Assembly: GCA_043811535.1 (NCBI GenBank)
Contig: JBDRNC010000006.1
Location: 1 to 27,178 of the forward strand
DNA length: 27,178 nucleotides
Source: Elusimicrobiota bacterium
GTDB taxonomy: Bacteria; Elusimicrobiota; Endomicrobiia; Endomicrobiales; JBDRNC01
Direction: 5' to 3'
Shown: positions 8,226 through 16,850 of the stretch, piece after piece
Numbering within the stretch: the first letter of the stretch is position 1
How the letters are laid out: each line of letters starts with the position of its first letter
Notes under the pieces: generated by a model
Seen by the model: the letters and a program-made list of their open reading frames with translations, nothing else
Database searches by the model: none
Told to the model about the DNA's origin: nothing
Program-made: the position numbers and the translations under genes

Positions 8226-10991
8226 ATCAGTAAATATGCGTTAATCATTATCTCCGCTGCTTTTTTTGCTTTTCAGTCCCTTTATGCAAGCGGGCTGGAT
8301 TTGGGCGAGAAACTGTTCGGGCTGAAAAAGTATTCAGCCGCGATCTCGGAATTCTCGGGTGTTTCCGTTTCGGAAATCGGCACGCTGGACGGGGAAAAGG
8401 CATACCTCCGGCAGGGTGACTGCTATTTCGGGAAAGAGGAATACTCAAAAGCGCAGGATTGCTATGAAAAATTCCTGAAAAGATATCCGGGCAGCAGGTT
8501 CGCTTCTGTCGCGGAATTTACGCTTGCGGAGTCTCTGCTGAGGCAGAAACAGTATGAAAACGCGCTTTCATATTTCAATGATTTTATTGACAGGTATCCG
8601 GACAGCAAGCTCCTGCCCGACGCCTATTACGGACGCGCTGTTTCGCTCTTTTACATGGAAAAGTACACGACAGCGCTTTCAAATTTTGGCATGCTGATAA
8701 ACAAGTTCAAGGATCAGACCGAACTCGGCAGATGGGCGAGTTTCTACGTCGCCGAGGCATGGTTCAAAAGAGGCAGTTACGCCGAGGCCGAGAAGGAATA
8801 CAGAAAGATACTCTCAAAAGCGGCTTATCCTGAATACACCCCGATAGTCCTTTACCGGATAGGCGAGACTCTGCGAAACAGGGGAAAGGTTTCGGCAGCG
8901 ATAGAGGAATACGGCAAGGTCCTGATAATGGAGATCCCGGACGATATCAGGTGCCAGACGTTCTACGCGCTCGCGGAAACCTACTATTCCGGCAAGAAGT
9001 ACGATCTCGCGCAGAAAAACTATCAGCAGATTGTCGACAAGTTCCCCGGCCTGGAGATAGCCGCGAAAGCCTACTTCGGGATAGGCTGGTGTTATTTTCA
9101 AAGGGGCGATTTTGAAAGCGCGTCCAGGGTGTTTGCCGCTCTGCCCGGAAAATTCAAGAAATCCGGCGATCAGTTCAAGGTGGCGAGCGTGTACATGGCC
9201 GCGCTCAGCGTCTACAATTCCGGCGATTATCCGTACGCGTGCGGGCTGTTTGACAGATTCCTGAAGAAATACCAGAAATCACAGTATTCCGACGACGCTG
9301 TATACTGGCTCGGATGGAGCAGGCTGAAGAAAGGCGACACGGACACCGCGCTGAAACTATTCCAGCGCGGAGCGAAGGACTATGTTAGATCCCAATACAG
9401 GGAAAAATCCAGCTTCATGATAGCCGAAAGCTATCTTCAGCTGGGCGAGTACGACACGGCAAGGAAGTATTACCAGAAGTTCCTTGACAAATACCCCGCT
9501 TCAAACCTTTTCGAACATTCGCTTTACGGCATAGGCAAGTGTTTCTCGGGAAGGGGGGATTACGGGCTCGCGCGCGAGGTGTTCAAGGAAATGCTGGAAA
9601 AATTCCCGTCGGGAGAACTCGTTCCGATGGCCAGGCTGGAAATAGGCAATACTTATATCCTGCAGGGCGAGTATCCGCGGGCGGTTGAAATCCTTAAAGA
9701 CCTCGCGGGGAATTACAAGAATTCAGACACGCTTTCAAACGAGATTAAATTCAGGCTCGGGTTCGCGCACTACAAAAAGGGCGATTACGCCCAGGCCGAA
9801 ACAATATTATCCGGCATAAAGGACAAGAAGCTCAACAATAAGGACGAAGTGGTGTACTACCTGGGATGGACGTATTTCAAGCAGGAAAAGTACGCGGAAG
9901 CGAAAACCCAGTTCAAGTATATTCTCGACTCTCTGCCGGGGTCCAGGATGGCGCCGGAAGCGAGCCTGCGCCTGGCCGAGGTGTACAGAATGCAGAAGGA
10001 TATGGATTCCGCCATATCGGCCTACAGGGAAATTTCTGAGAAATACACCAAGAGTTCCATAGCTCCTTACGCGCTGTACGCGATGGGCGAGTGCTTCAGG
10101 TTGCAGGGCAAGGCTGCGGAAGCGGTGTCCGCGTGGACAAAGCTTGTGGAAAGATACCCCTATTCCAGCCTTACGGCCGACATCAATTTTCAGGTGGCGG
10201 AATACATGTTCTCGGGGAAGAACTATCAGACAGCCCGGAAAGCCTATAAGAACATAACGGCCAACTATCCGGGGACTAACGTGGCACTGCGCTCTGAGAT
10301 CCGCGCCGGGGAAATTTTGCTTGCGCTGGGGAATTTCGCCTCGGCGGTGGAGCAGTTTGAGAGGATAGCAAAGGGGAATCCGGGCACGGAAATCGGGGCG
10401 CTCTCGATGTTCAAGCTCGGGGATTCTTATATGAGCATGAACAAGCTGCGGCAGGCGGCGCAGAGCTATCAAATGGTCGCGGACGCTTTTCCTGATACGT
10501 CACTGGCGCCTTTCGCTTTGGAATCCGCTTCGCAGATCCTGGAAAAGATGCAGGAAAACATCCTCGCGAAAAAAACCTGTGAAACCTTGCTGGAAAAGTA
10601 TCCCAAGAGCGAGCCGGCCGCGAGGATATTCCTTGCGCGCGGCAAGGACATGATGAATACGGTGAATTGGACCGGCGCGGTTGATTATCTTACAAGGGCT
10701 TCGGACGCTTTTCAGGACGAAATTTCGGCGGAAGCCCAGAAACTGCTCGGCGATTGCTACTACAAGCAGGAATTATATAAAGAAGCGACGGTTGAGTACT
10801 TAAAGACCGTGTACCTGTTCAGGGATTATCCGAAATACGCCGCCGAGGCGCAGTTCCTCGCGGGACAGTCCTGCGAGGCAAGCGCGCAGACCGCTGAGGC
10901 GTCCAAGGCCTATCAGCGGGCCAAAGAATATTTCCCTTCCACCTTATGGGCCGCAGAAGCTGAAAGATGCCTGATTAAAATAAAAAAGTGA
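8226..10991 (+). CDS. Large exported TPR protein (BamD/CpoB-like repeats), probable ATC start
   Basis: TPRs along the whole length with recurring YPxS motifs. The in-frame extension from ATC 8226 encodes a signal peptide and follows GGAGG (8216-8220). Confidence 0.85.
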   Translation: MSKYALIIISAAFFAFQSLYASGLDLGEKLFGLKKYSAAISEFSGVSVSEIGTLDGEKAYLRQGDCYFGKEEYSKAQDCYEKFLKRYPGSRFASVAEFTLAESLLRQKQYENALSYFNDFIDRYPDSKLLPDAYYGRAVSLFYMEKYTTALSNFGMLINKFKDQTELGRWASFYVAEAWFKRGSYAEAEKEYRKILSKAAYPEYTPIVLYRIGETLRNRGKVSAAIEEYGKVLIMEIPDDIRCQTFYALAETYYSGKKYDLAQKNYQQIVDKFPGLEIAAKAYFGIGWCYFQRGDFESASRVFAALPGKFKKSGDQFKVASVYMAALSVYNSGDYPYACGLFDRFLKKYQKSQYSDDAVYWLGWSRLKKGDTDTALKLFQRGAKDYVRSQYREKSSFMIAESYLQLGEYDTARKYYQKFLDKYPASNLFEHSLYGIGKCFSGRGDYGLAREVFKEMLEKFPSGELVPMARLEIGNTYILQGEYPRAVEILKDLAGNYKNSDTLSNEIKFRLGFAHYKKGDYAQAETILSGIKDKKLNNKDEVVYYLGWTYFKQEKYAEAKTQFKYILDSLPGSRMAPEASLRLAEVYRMQKDMDSAISAYREISEKYTKSSIAPYALYAMGECFRLQGKAAEAVSAWTKLVERYPYSSLTADINFQVAEYMFSGKNYQTARKAYKNITANYPGTNVALRSEIRAGEILLALGNFASAVEQFERIAKGNPGTEIGALSMFKLGDSYMSMNKLRQAAQSYQMVADAFPDTSLAPFALESASQILEKMQENILAKKTCETLLEKYPKSEPAARIFLARGKDMMNTVNWTGAVDYLTRASDAFQDEISAEAQKLLGDCYYKQELYKEATVEYLKTVYLFRDYPKYAAEAQFLAGQSCEASAQTAEASKAYQRAKEYFPSTLWAAEAERCLIKIKK

Positions 10992-11017
10992 TTAGCGATT
11001 AGCAATTGGCAATTAGC
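10990..11017. repeat. Heptamer array (RATTRGC x4)
   Basis: gattagc gattagc aattggc aattagc, overlapping the stop codon. Confidence 0.7.
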
Positions 11018-11039
11018 AAAGGCGCTAAAGCCATAAATT

Positions 11040-11181
11040 GAGACCGTTGAAAAAGTACACAACGGTCTTGATTACACAGATTAAAAAAACAGATTACACA
11101 GAAACACCGACAGGACTTAATCTGTGCAATCACTTAAAAAATCAGTGTAATCAGAGATTATTGGGGTTTTTCAATAATCTC
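11040..11181 (+). mobile_element. MITE copy 1 (142 bp) with IS1182/IS5-like ends
   Basis: Imperfect TIRs GAGACCGTTGAAAAA / TTTTTCAATAATCTC, AAATT duplicated at 11035-11039 and 11182-11186, and more than 90% identity to the reverse complement of 22520-22662. Confidence 0.88.
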
Positions 11182-11230
11182 AAATTGCAGCACGTCTTTA
11201 CAAAAGAGGAGAATATTGTCAGGATTCAAT

Positions 11231-11287
11231 CCCGCGTTGCGGGCGACTTCCTCTGTTTGACATAAACTAAGTCCCGATTTATCGGGA
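11231..11287 (+). repeat. REP-like hairpin plus variant micro-element (CGACT-N19-TAAG-hairpin)
   Basis: CCCGC-GTT-GCGGG (11231-11243), CGACT (11244-11248), TAAG (11268-11271), TCCCGA-TTTA-TCGGGA (11272-11287). Confidence 0.55.
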
Positions 11288-11340
11288 ATGTCGCATTATT
11301 AAATCTCCTTTCGGGGATATCTGGATGGGCTCCTCTGAAA

Positions 11341-12798
11341 TTGCATAAATCGATATACTTACTAGCCTTTATTATTGCTTTGTTGCCAGCGCGCGCTACG
11401 GCGGAAGATACCGGAGACAGTTTTATTCTTCCGGAAACGCCGCCGACTATTGAACGCAAGAAGATACCGCCGCTGGACAGGCCGCTCATGCAGAAACAGG
11501 ACTTCATTTCCGATTCCGAGATTGAAATTCCTTTTATCTGGCAAAACAGGGATTTTATCGGATACGGCGCGCAAAAAGATTTCACGCGGATAGGCCTGAG
11601 CAAGGGCAGCTTTTCTTCTTCGGGCGGCAGCTTTCTTTTCGCTTCCGGGGACGGCTCGCGTTTTGACTACAGCATTTACAGGACCGAGGGCGAATCCGCG
11701 AAGCTTTCCGAAGAAATAAATAAATTGTCATATGATTGGGAAAAGATAGGTTCCGGCAATATCTTCGGCAATTTCGGGTTTGCGGCGTCGGATAGCCGCG
11801 TCTGGGTCCAGAAACACAAGGAATATTCCGCGCATTCGTCGGTTTTCTGGTATCCCGCGGAGAATTTAAACGCGAAACTTACCGTAAAAGGCGATTCTTC
11901 GGAAATCGCGGAAATGCAGTTTAACGACAATATCGGCGCCGATGTGTCTTTGGAGTGCTCCCCGTTTGACGGACACACCGCTTTGCTTGAGTCATCGGCG
12001 CAGAGGGATACGGCTTTCATAAAAATAAAGGATTTCTCGGAATCCAGGATCTCTTACAGTGTGCTGATGTTTGACAGCCTTTCGGTCAAGGGCGGGGCGC
12101 GCTTCCAGAAAAACGAATCATTTCCACTGGGCGGCGTCGCGTGGAATTTTCTTCCGAGGACGAGAATTTCCTTTGATTATAAGGCGGGAAGCGAAAAGCC
12201 TGCGTGGGACGGGTTGTACATGCGGCGTAATTTCTTAAAGACCAATCAGGACCTTGCCTTGCCGAAGGCTGTCCGCTCGCTCACCGGGACCTTTTCGTAT
12301 TACTATCAGGACGTCATATCGGCGAAAGTCCGGGTTGACCAGTCGGAATGGAAAGATTATATATGCTGGGAGCATCTTCCCGGCACTGATTATATCGCGC
12401 CGGGGAATGTTAAGGACGCAAAGACCACTTCGGCGGAAGCCTCTTTCGCGTACAGGCACGGGATTTTCGGAGTCAAAACTTCGGTTACCCAGAATTCGGC
12501 CACGGAACTGCCTTTTGTTCCCGGCTCGAAAGTGCAGTTTGACGCGGAGTTCTACCTGCCGGGTTCCTGGACGCTCGGAACCGGCTGCGGCGTTGTATCC
12601 GAACAGAAAACTACTATTGCGGGCCCGGACAAGCTGGATTCATATACCGGCGTTTCTGCTTCCGTAAATAAGGAATTCCCCGGAGGCGTGGTTTTGTATT
12701 CAAGAGTTGATAACCTGCTTGAGAATGTAAAGGAAACTCAGCCCGGGTTCGTCAGCAAATCCGCGGAATTCCAATGCGGATTGACAGTGATGTTTTAA
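11341..12798 (+). CDS. Outer-membrane beta-barrel protein (TonB-dependent-receptor-like C-terminus, no obvious plug)
   Basis: Signal peptide, amphipathic beta-strand pattern, VDNLL motif near the C-terminus, terminal Phe (GLTVMF). Confidence 0.7.
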   Translation: MHKSIYLLAFIIALLPARATAEDTGDSFILPETPPTIERKKIPPLDRPLMQKQDFISDSEIEIPFIWQNRDFIGYGAQKDFTRIGLSKGSFSSSGGSFLFASGDGSRFDYSIYRTEGESAKLSEEINKLSYDWEKIGSGNIFGNFGFAASDSRVWVQKHKEYSAHSSVFWYPAENLNAKLTVKGDSSEIAEMQFNDNIGADVSLECSPFDGHTALLESSAQRDTAFIKIKDFSESRISYSVLMFDSLSVKGGARFQKNESFPLGGVAWNFLPRTRISFDYKAGSEKPAWDGLYMRRNFLKTNQDLALPKAVRSLTGTFSYYYQDVISAKVRVDQSEWKDYICWEHLPGTDYIAPGNVKDAKTTSAEASFAYRHGIFGVKTSVTQNSATELPFVPGSKVQFDAEFYLPGSWTLGTGCGVVSEQKTTIAGPDKLDSYTGVSASVNKEFPGGVVLYSRVDNLLENVKETQPGFVSKSAEFQCGLTVMF

Positions 12799-12811
12799 GC
12801 TACTAATACTG

Positions 12812-12922
12812 CTCCCCCTATATTTCACTTCCGAAGTGGCGGAGACTCTTCGGGAGTGGAGGCGGCGGGAAAAACAGGGGGATTTAAAATCTCCCCTATC
12901 CCCTCTTTGGAAAAGAGGGGAA
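12812..12922. repeat. Cluster of REP-like GC-rich hairpins
   Basis: CACTT-CCG-AAGTG, ACTC-TTCGG-GAGT, GGGGGATTT-A-AAATCTCC and TCCCCTCTTT-GGA-AAAGAGGGGA. Confidence 0.6.
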
Positions 12923-12944
12923 TACTTAGGATATTGGAGGATTT

Positions 12945-13751
12945 ATGAAAAAGATTTTTAGCGTTGTTTCAATGCTTGCGGTTTTCGCGGTTTCGGGTTT
13001 TGCCGCGAAACAAACCGTTGTTCAAGCCGGCAGCGGAGACGGACAGGGTTCGTCTGTCGCGGTTTCAACTGCGCCGGCCGAAGACACAAGGACGAACGCG
13101 GAGAAGCTTTTTGACGAGGACGTGCAGGTCAGGAGGAACGCGGTTATTTACGTAGGCTCGGAACGGAATAAAAAAAACATCCCCTTGCTGCTGCCCCTCC
13201 TGGATGACAGCAGTGTCGAGGTCCGGCGAGCGGCCATAGACGCGCTGGGCAAGACCGGCGACAAGGAAGAGGTTCCTGCCGCTCTGATGGAAAAATTCAA
13301 AAGCGAGAAGAACTATGCCGTAAGGCAGAATATAGTAGTCGCGCTCGGAGAGTTGCAGGCAAAATCGGCCCTGCAGTTCTTAAAGGCGCGCCTGAAGGAT
13401 CCTTTTCCGGGAATGCGAAACGAAGCGATCAGGGCTCTCGGTAAGATCAATGATAAGTCAACGTATGCCGACATAACGGCGATGCTCAAGGACCAGGCGG
13501 AAGGAACCAGGATCATGGCCGCCGATGTTATCGGAAAGCTGAAGATATATTCTCCTGCTGCCGTTGAAAACCTGAAAAAAAACCTGAAAGACCCGATCGC
13601 GATAGTTAGAAGGTCAAGCGTCAGGGCGCTCGGCCTGATAGGAGCTTCTTCCGCGCTGCCGGAGATAGAGCAGATGCAGAAGGATACTGATCCTACGGTG
13701 GCGGCGGCCGCGAAAGAAGCGGCTGATCAGATAAAAGGTAAAAAGAAGTGA
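12945..13751 (+). CDS. Exported HEAT/PBS-lyase repeat protein
   Basis: GGAGG RBS, signal peptide, about six LxD....VRxxAxxALG repeats. Confidence 0.85.
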   Translation: MKKIFSVVSMLAVFAVSGFAAKQTVVQAGSGDGQGSSVAVSTAPAEDTRTNAEKLFDEDVQVRRNAVIYVGSERNKKNIPLLLPLLDDSSVEVRRAAIDALGKTGDKEEVPAALMEKFKSEKNYAVRQNIVVALGELQAKSALQFLKARLKDPFPGMRNEAIRALGKINDKSTYADITAMLKDQAEGTRIMAADVIGKLKIYSPAAVENLKKNLKDPIAIVRRSSVRALGLIGASSALPEIEQMQKDTDPTVAAAAKEAADQIKGKKK

Positions 13752-13853
13752 GCTCCTTATCATATTTCTGATATTTTTGCGAAATCCGCCGAAGCTATGG
13801 CAGCAATATGACGAATAGTCATGTTTATTGATGACACGTATAGCGAAGGCGGA
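13749..13853 (+). repeat. Family-2 element with long hairpin
   Basis: TGAGCTCC-N24-GAAA-hairpin (13785-13853). 13778-13853 matches the reverse complement of 24036-24111 at 62/76 positions. Confidence 0.8.
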
Positions 13854-13877
13854 CGGTAAATCACGGACACTAATTAT

Positions 13878-15221
13878 ATGAAATCCAAATTAAAAATATT
13901 CCTGATAATAGCGGCGGTAATGTCGGTGTTCCATTTCCTCCCCGCGGTGAAGTTCATACTATCGGATCTCGCGGGAGGCTCCGTCTCAAAAGGTTTCGGA
14001 GTCGTCTGGAAAGGCATTGGTTTCTTTAACGCTCCGTTCGCCGGGCTTTCTTACTACGTCCAAGCCCATTCAAATTACCTGGCGCTGACTGTTTCATGGC
14101 TGCTATGGCTTGCCGCGGGATTCGCGGTTTACGGTGTTGCCGCCAAGAAGAAAATATTTGCTGTCGTCAAAAACGTATTTTTCTCGTGGCTTGTGTTTTT
14201 CACCATTCTTGTATTGCTTGTTTTTGTTAAACATCCTTCCCCGCACCTTAGAACCCCTGACGGTTTTTCAAAAGTGAATTTCCATTCGCACACGTATTAT
14301 TCACAGGATGGTGTATGCAGCCCCGGCCAAAACGCGCGCTTTCATGGAGATTCGGGTTTCGACGCGAGTTTTATTACGGAACATAACACGATGTCCAGTT
14401 GCGAGAAGTTTTCCATGTTGTCCGGACTTCCGCTGATCCTTCCGGGCATGCAGTTTAACGCGGAAAATCTTTCGCTGCTTATGCTCGGCGACAAGAAGAT
14501 AGGCGACGCGGATATTCTCCCTGTCAAGGACAAGACGATAAAGGAAGCCGTGAAATGGGCGCATAGGAAGGGACTTATCGTGATATGCCCGCACTGGTGG
14601 AAATGGGGAAAACCTTCATGGCAGGAGCTCTATGACGCGGGAGTTGACGGTTTTGAGATATACAACATGAATTACAGGGACTTTTCCGATGCGGAGCGCG
14701 GCGAACTGGTCAAATTCTGCAGAGAAAACGGCCTTCTTATGGCCGGAAATACCGATTGGAAAGGTTTCGGCTGGGCCGCCGATGTATGGAACGTGATAGA
14801 CGTTCCGCGCGCGGAGCTGACTCCCGGCGTTTTGAAGGAATATCTGAAAAAACGCGGGCCGGTAAAGGTTATTGCCTACAGGCAGTCTTCGTCAACAGGG
14901 CTGTTGCGGCGTGTCTTTGAGCCGTTTGTCGGGGTTTACCTTCTGCTCGCGGGCATAGGCGTCAAACAGCTTATTTCGTGGCTGTTCTGGATAACACTCG
15001 GTATTGCGCTGTCGTCAAAAAAATACCTGGTCAAAGCGGTCCTGGCTATGGTTTTCCTGTATATTCTGTTCCTGGACTTCGGGTTCCTGCTCGCTTATTT
15101 CGGTTCTTCGGGACGCAACGACGCGCTAGGGGAAATAGTGCTTCCGGCGCTGGGACTTGTCACCGCGGGCTGGGCGGCGATTCTTCTGCCGATGTTAAAA
15201 AAAGGAAAAACTCCCGCCTAA
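13878..15221 (+). CDS. Membrane protein with a central PHP-like metallo-phosphoesterase domain
   Basis: N- and C-terminal TM helices, with HSHTYYSQDG, TEHN, PHW, GFEIYN and GNTDW motifs. Confidence 0.75.
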   Translation: MKSKLKIFLIIAAVMSVFHFLPAVKFILSDLAGGSVSKGFGVVWKGIGFFNAPFAGLSYYVQAHSNYLALTVSWLLWLAAGFAVYGVAAKKKIFAVVKNVFFSWLVFFTILVLLVFVKHPSPHLRTPDGFSKVNFHSHTYYSQDGVCSPGQNARFHGDSGFDASFITEHNTMSSCEKFSMLSGLPLILPGMQFNAENLSLLMLGDKKIGDADILPVKDKTIKEAVKWAHRKGLIVICPHWWKWGKPSWQELYDAGVDGFEIYNMNYRDFSDAERGELVKFCRENGLLMAGNTDWKGFGWAADVWNVIDVPRAELTPGVLKEYLKKRGPVKVIAYRQSSSTGLLRRVFEPFVGVYLLLAGIGVKQLISWLFWITLGIALSSKKYLVKAVLAMVFLYILFLDFGFLLAYFGSSGRNDALGEIVLPALGLVTAGWAAILLPMLKKGKTPA

Positions 15222-15237
15222 AGCGGGACAGGAACGC

Positions 15238-15351
15238 CCCCGAAGCGATAGCGGAGTGGGGTTTCGCACAAATTAAAAACACTTTAAGCAGGTGTCAATA
15301 CCCTTCGGGTATTTCGCTTAAGGCAATTTAGTAAAACACTTACGGAGCTCA
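15238..15351 (-). repeat. Two tandem family-2 elements
   Basis: On the minus strand: TGAGCTCC-N28-GAAA-TACCCGAAGGGTA (15351-15299), then TTGACACC-N25-GAAA-CCCC...GGGG (15298-15238). Confidence 0.7.
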
Positions 15352-15353
15352 AT

Positions 15354-16808
15354 TTGCTGAATAAACTGCTGACAAAGAAAAACACGATAATTTTCGTTTC
15401 CGCGCTGACGCTCTGCCGGTGCTATGTCAACGCTACGCTTGGACTTCACCCGGACGAGACGTATTACTGGCTGTGGTCGCATCACCTGGGGCTGAGCTAT
15501 TACGACCATCCCGCGATGGTCGCGTATTTCATACGGGCTACGACGGTTTTTTCGGACGCCGAGTTCTGGGTAAGATTATCCGGCATAATCGTCACGCTGG
15601 CGTCAAGCGCGCTGATCTGGCTGCTTACCATGAAGATGTTTAAAAATGAGAAAGCGGCGTCGGGCAGCGTGATGATGCTCAATATTTACCCGCTGACCAT
15701 ATCAGGCGCGCTGATAATCACGCCGGATGTTCCTTCCTTTTTCTTCTGGTCCCTGTGCGCCTATCTGGCGTGGCAGATATTTTCAGAAAAAAAAGCGTAT
15801 TACTGGTACCTGCTCGGAATAAGCTTCGGATTATCACTTCTCTCAAAATACACATCCGTCCTGTTCGCGCCCTGCCTTTTGCTGTTCATGCTCGTCACGG
15901 ACGAGCGGAAATGGCTCAAAACGCTCCACCCGTATCTTGCCGGGCTGATCGCGGCGGTTGTCTTTCTGCCGGTGATTATATGGAACATGAGATATGAATG
16001 GGTGTCATTCAAGTTTCAACTCGGGCACGGGCTCGGCGGCAGCGCCTACTCTTTGGCCAAACTTTTGGAATACACCGGAGGCCAGATGATGGTGCTCGGG
16101 CCGTTCGCGTGGATAGCCGCGGTATGGGCGGCGACAGCCCTGCTTTTCAGAAAGGATAAAGCCGGGTTATTTCTCTCGCTCACGTCTTTGCCGGTGATTC
16201 TTTTTTTCGGTTTCACCTCGCTTAAAAACACGGCCGGCCCGAACTGGCCGGCGCTGGCGTATTTTACTGCCACGATAGCCCTTTGCGTTTACTTCCTTGA
16301 CGGCTCCAGAGCCAAGGCCGCGATATGGTCCTTTGTTTTCCTGGTGACGTTCGGATTGTCCGCGCTGGCGATCGCGCATACCAGGTTCGGCGTGATCCCG
16401 CTCACCAAGCTCAACAAGGAATGGGTTTTGACGGACGCGACGAACTGGTTTTACGGGTGGAAAGAATTCGCCGGCGAGCTGTCCAAATACCAGGAAATAG
16501 ATTTTATACTTACGCCTTCGCACCAGATAAGCTCGGAACTGGAATACTACATGAAAGAGAGCAAGCCGGTCCACGTTGACCTGAACATCACGCGGTTCAA
16601 CCAGTATAACCTGTGGCCCTCGCCTGTGGAAAAGGGAAAGAAAGCGATGTACGTGTCTTTCTACGGCGAGGCGCTTGACGCGTATAAAAGTTACATACCG
16701 GAACCGGACGCGCTGTTCTATTTCACGGTTTCCAGACCCGGCCGCCAAGCGAAGTCCGGCGTAAGCGCGATCAGGACATACAGGGTGGTTTACGGGACAT
16801 GCAGGTAA
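15354..16808 (+). CDS. GT-C fold glycosyltransferase (family 39 / ArnT-like)
   Basis: DETYYW, YYDHPAM, TPD, LLSKYT and PVIIWN motifs, multiple TMs, GGAG plus TTG start. Confidence 0.9.
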   Translation: MLNKLLTKKNTIIFVSALTLCRCYVNATLGLHPDETYYWLWSHHLGLSYYDHPAMVAYFIRATTVFSDAEFWVRLSGIIVTLASSALIWLLTMKMFKNEKAASGSVMMLNIYPLTISGALIITPDVPSFFFWSLCAYLAWQIFSEKKAYYWYLLGISFGLSLLSKYTSVLFAPCLLLFMLVTDERKWLKTLHPYLAGLIAAVVFLPVIIWNMRYEWVSFKFQLGHGLGGSAYSLAKLLEYTGGQMMVLGPFAWIAAVWAATALLFRKDKAGLFLSLTSLPVILFFGFTSLKNTAGPNWPALAYFTATIALCVYFLDGSRAKAAIWSFVFLVTFGLSALAIAHTRFGVIPLTKLNKEWVLTDATNWFYGWKEFAGELSKYQEIDFILTPSHQISSELEYYMKESKPVHVDLNITRFNQYNLWPSPVEKGKKAMYVSFYGEALDAYKSYIPEPDALFYFTVSRPGRQAKSGVSAIRTYRVVYGTCR

Positions 16809-16815
16809 CGCGCTG

Positions 16816-16844
16816 TTGAACTCAATGCATTATTTTGATAAAAT
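16816..16844 (+). promoter_or_regulatory. Promoter placing the TSS on the argF ATG (leaderless)
   Basis: TTGAAC-17 bp-TAAAAT with TGn extension. The ATG begins 7 nt after the -10 and there is no SD. Confidence 0.6.
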
Positions 16845-16850
16845 GAAACC

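Noticed and set aside
11038..11265. 75-aa ORF
   Set aside because: It is a translation of the MITE repeats.
15299..15340. Hammerhead ribozyme or c-di-GMP riboswitch (CGAAA plus stem)
   Set aside because: There is no CUGANGA core and no GEMM consensus on either strand.
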